Part shown: positions 62,211 through 64,000 of the stretch, piece after piece
How the letters are laid out: the number at the start of each line of letters is the position of its first letter
Position numbering within the stretch: the stretch's first letter is position 1
Source: Escherichia phage SP27
Strand: one strand, 5' to 3'
Length of the DNA stretch: 64,000 bases
Sequence record: LC494302.1
Translations under genes and position numbers: made by a program
The notes under the pieces: model-generated
Databases searched by the model: none
Told to the model about the DNA's origin: nothing
Seen by the model: the letters and a program-made list of their open reading frames with translations, nothing else

Positions 62211-63059
62211 ATGAAACTTTATCTAATCGTTGACTACAGTAAGGGTTATTATGACTACGCAGAAGAATCTGAAGGGTATTGCTCGTCTACTAATGTCAAT
62301 GTACGCACCAGTAGTACACATGAGCATGAATCTATTACAAACCTAAAAGATTTCATCGCATATCGAGCATTTGAAAAGAATTTCTGTCGTAGTAGATATT
62401 CGAAGTTTGAGTACCCGTTAATTGATGTTCCTGATGAATTGATGTTCCAGTTAATGCTCACTGGAGTACAAGATTATGATTACATCGCGTACAATCACAT
62501 TACTAAGAAAATTTATATCGGTACGTCAACACATGACATTTCTATGTATGCATCATGCCCCGATGATCGAATGAATGATAGAAAATCATACTATAGTGGT
62601 TCAGTTGGTTCAAATGATTCATTAAATGAAAATTTATTCTTTGAGTACGAGTTTGATAATCATCGAGGGAAAAAAGACCGAGAAGATTATTGTACTGAAA
62701 TTGATAGTACCAATGGATATGAAGAAGTGAAAGAAGCGATAATGCCATATATCCTTGACAAGTACTACAAAGATTTTCAGTACTGTAGTAATTTTCTAAT
62801 CCGAAATTCTATCATAATCGGTCGTCAAAGTACTGCATTCTCTAAGTACTACAATGATTCCCCTGTTGCTGAAAATGAAAACTGTAATATTCTCTCAATC
62901 CCACGTGAAGATATGGTATTCATGTTCACATCTTTCATTGAAGATGATGAGTTGTATGTAAAAAACAAGCACAGGTTCATGCCAAGTAAGATTGAGGTTA
63001 TGAGAAGCTTAAGTGCAGATATCTTAACTAATTTCACTGAAAAAACAGAATACAACTGA
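62211..63059 (+). CDS. hypothetical protein with family C-like motif
   Basis: 282 aa; contains DELMFQLMLTGV. Confidence 0.55.
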   Translation: MKLYLIVDYSKGYYDYAEESEGYCSSTNVNVRTSSTHEHESITNLKDFIAYRAFEKNFCRSRYSKFEYPLIDVPDELMFQLMLTGVQDYDYIAYNHITKKIYIGTSTHDISMYASCPDDRMNDRKSYYSGSVGSNDSLNENLFFEYEFDNHRGKKDREDYCTEIDSTNGYEEVKEAIMPYILDKYYKDFQYCSNFLIRNSIIIGRQSTAFSKYYNDSPVAENENCNILSIPREDMVFMFTSFIEDDELYVKNKHRFMPSKIEVMRSLSADILTNFTEKTEYN

Positions 63060-63088
63060 GACATACCATAAGTTTATGATATAATGTA

Positions 63089-63122
63089 AGGTGACAGCAG
63101 AATATGTTGTCGCCTTTTTTTT
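63089..63122 (+). terminator. intrinsic terminator
   Basis: GGTGACAGcagaatatgTTGTCGCC followed by T8. Confidence 0.6.
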
Positions 63123-63737
63123 AATCCTGAAAGGTTCCATATGGAAATGATTAAAGCCTAATCCACTCGAAAAGTAGAGGGTAGATGAGTAGTCCTTTCA
63201 GTACGAACAGCAAATGAAACCCGTTAGATGATGGCATAGTTTGAACCACTCACGGCAATGCGGCTGTATAAAGAACTCCAATAGGATAAAGAGAGTTCCT
63301 CGATAGACATATAAGGATCGCACCTTACCAATTATCTAAGGGAGATTTCATGAGAAATTTGCGGTCGGAATTATACAATATAGTTGCGTCCAAATTTTGT
63401 GAAATCAAATACAAGTACTGGTCATATGGTATTTGTATTATGTGTCGGGATGTTTAAGACCGACGACCGTTGCTACAAGAACCGCGATAGAGAGAAACAG
63501 AGCAACCCGCTTTCGTCTCGTAAGAGAATTCGTGATATGAACTATGTGAAGGCCACCAGCGTCAAACTTTTTTGTTCTTTCCCCTGCGGGGGGATGAAAT
63601 ATGCTCAAGCAAACCCCGTCAATATTAATTAAAAGAAAATAGTACTTGTAGAATTAGACATGCGTAGCATGGTAATTCTACTGATGTTGATGAAATCAAC
63701 GTCACGTATATTCATTGATGTTTCCATAGGAATAATG

Positions 63738-64000
63738 ATGGCATTTATTAGAAAAGAAAAAACTGTTACTTATAAAACTTTGAATTTTGATGATTGCATT
63801 AATCAATCACAAGACGAAGATATCTTTACTGGATATGTGGTTATTAAAGAAAAAGGATGCATTTCTTATATAAAGGAATTGCAAAATGGAATTGAAGTGA
63901 CTTCAGTTAAATTACTTCCTACTCAAAAACCAACAATATCAAAAGCCCAGTATGGTAATTATTTTGAAGAAAGATATAGTAATAATTCAATAAGTGTTAA
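63738..64000 (+). CDS. hypothetical protein, 3' end beyond window
   Basis: ATG 63738 (MAFIRKEKTV...) open to the window end. Confidence 0.45.
   Translation, partial: MAFIRKEKTVTYKTLNFDDCINQSQDEDIFTGYVVIKEKGCISYIKELQNGIEVTSVKLLPTQKPTISKAQYGNYFEERYSNNSISV

Noticed and set aside
1057-62461. The minus-strand ORFs in the six-frame track (for example 1057..1272, 2457..2711, 22811..23278, 41674..42117, 43233..43490)
   Set aside because: All lie antisense to well-supported + strand genes with promoters, RBSs and paralog conservation, have no translation signals of their own, and have odd composition. They are treated as chance ORFs.
63384-63632. The 82-aa ORF at 63384..63632 as a real gene
   Set aside because: No RBS, atypical GC-rich composition and cysteine or arginine-rich low-complexity product; more likely non-coding or a decayed gene (see finding on 63100-63650).
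1-64000. tRNA genes, which large phages often carry
   Set aside because: Scanning by eye for T-loop consensus (GGTTCGAATCC-like) and cloverleaf-sized structured blocks found nothing convincing. This needs tRNAscan-SE to be certain.
1-64000. Integrase, transposase or other mobile-element genes explaining the repeats
   Set aside because: No ORF has recognisable recombinase or transposase motifs. The repeats look like promoter and terminator modules and gene duplications rather than insertion sequences.

Overview
This window reads as a densely packed, single-orientation (+ strand) region of a large virulent bacteriophage, roughly 35% GC by eye. I could not identify the phage; the sigma70-consensus promoters and AGGAG-type ribosome-binding sites suggest a Gram-negative host, and the layout resembles the hyperplastic early regions of T4-superfamily and jumbo phages. 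Layout: (1) 149-4548, a tandem array of about 19 small paralogous genes (family A); (2) 4550-6500, an ORF-poor region with short iteron-like repeats, hairpins and minus-strand promoters; (3) 6500-25600, about 60 small unrelated early-type genes, most with their own strong promoter followed by a conserved GC-rich stem-loop at the predicted transcript 5' end; recognisable products are a TraR/DksA-type zinc finger, a GNAT-like acetyltransferase and a protein-kinase-like protein; (4) 25848-33372, a tandem array of about 30 genes of 60-90 aa (family B, [LF]GTN[YF]QE motif); (5) 31607-59507, a roughly 27 kb tandem array of about 50 genes of 110-200 aa sharing an E-[ED]-x-[YLF]-F-Q-x-S motif (family C), with signs of very recent duplication; (6) 59550-64000, further unrelated genes and intrinsic terminators. 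The hexamer AGTACT is strongly over-represented in genes and promoters alike. No tRNA, rRNA, CRISPR array, integrase or transposase was recognised. All coordinates were indexed by hand; regulatory coordinates may be off by a few bases and all frequency estimates are by eye.
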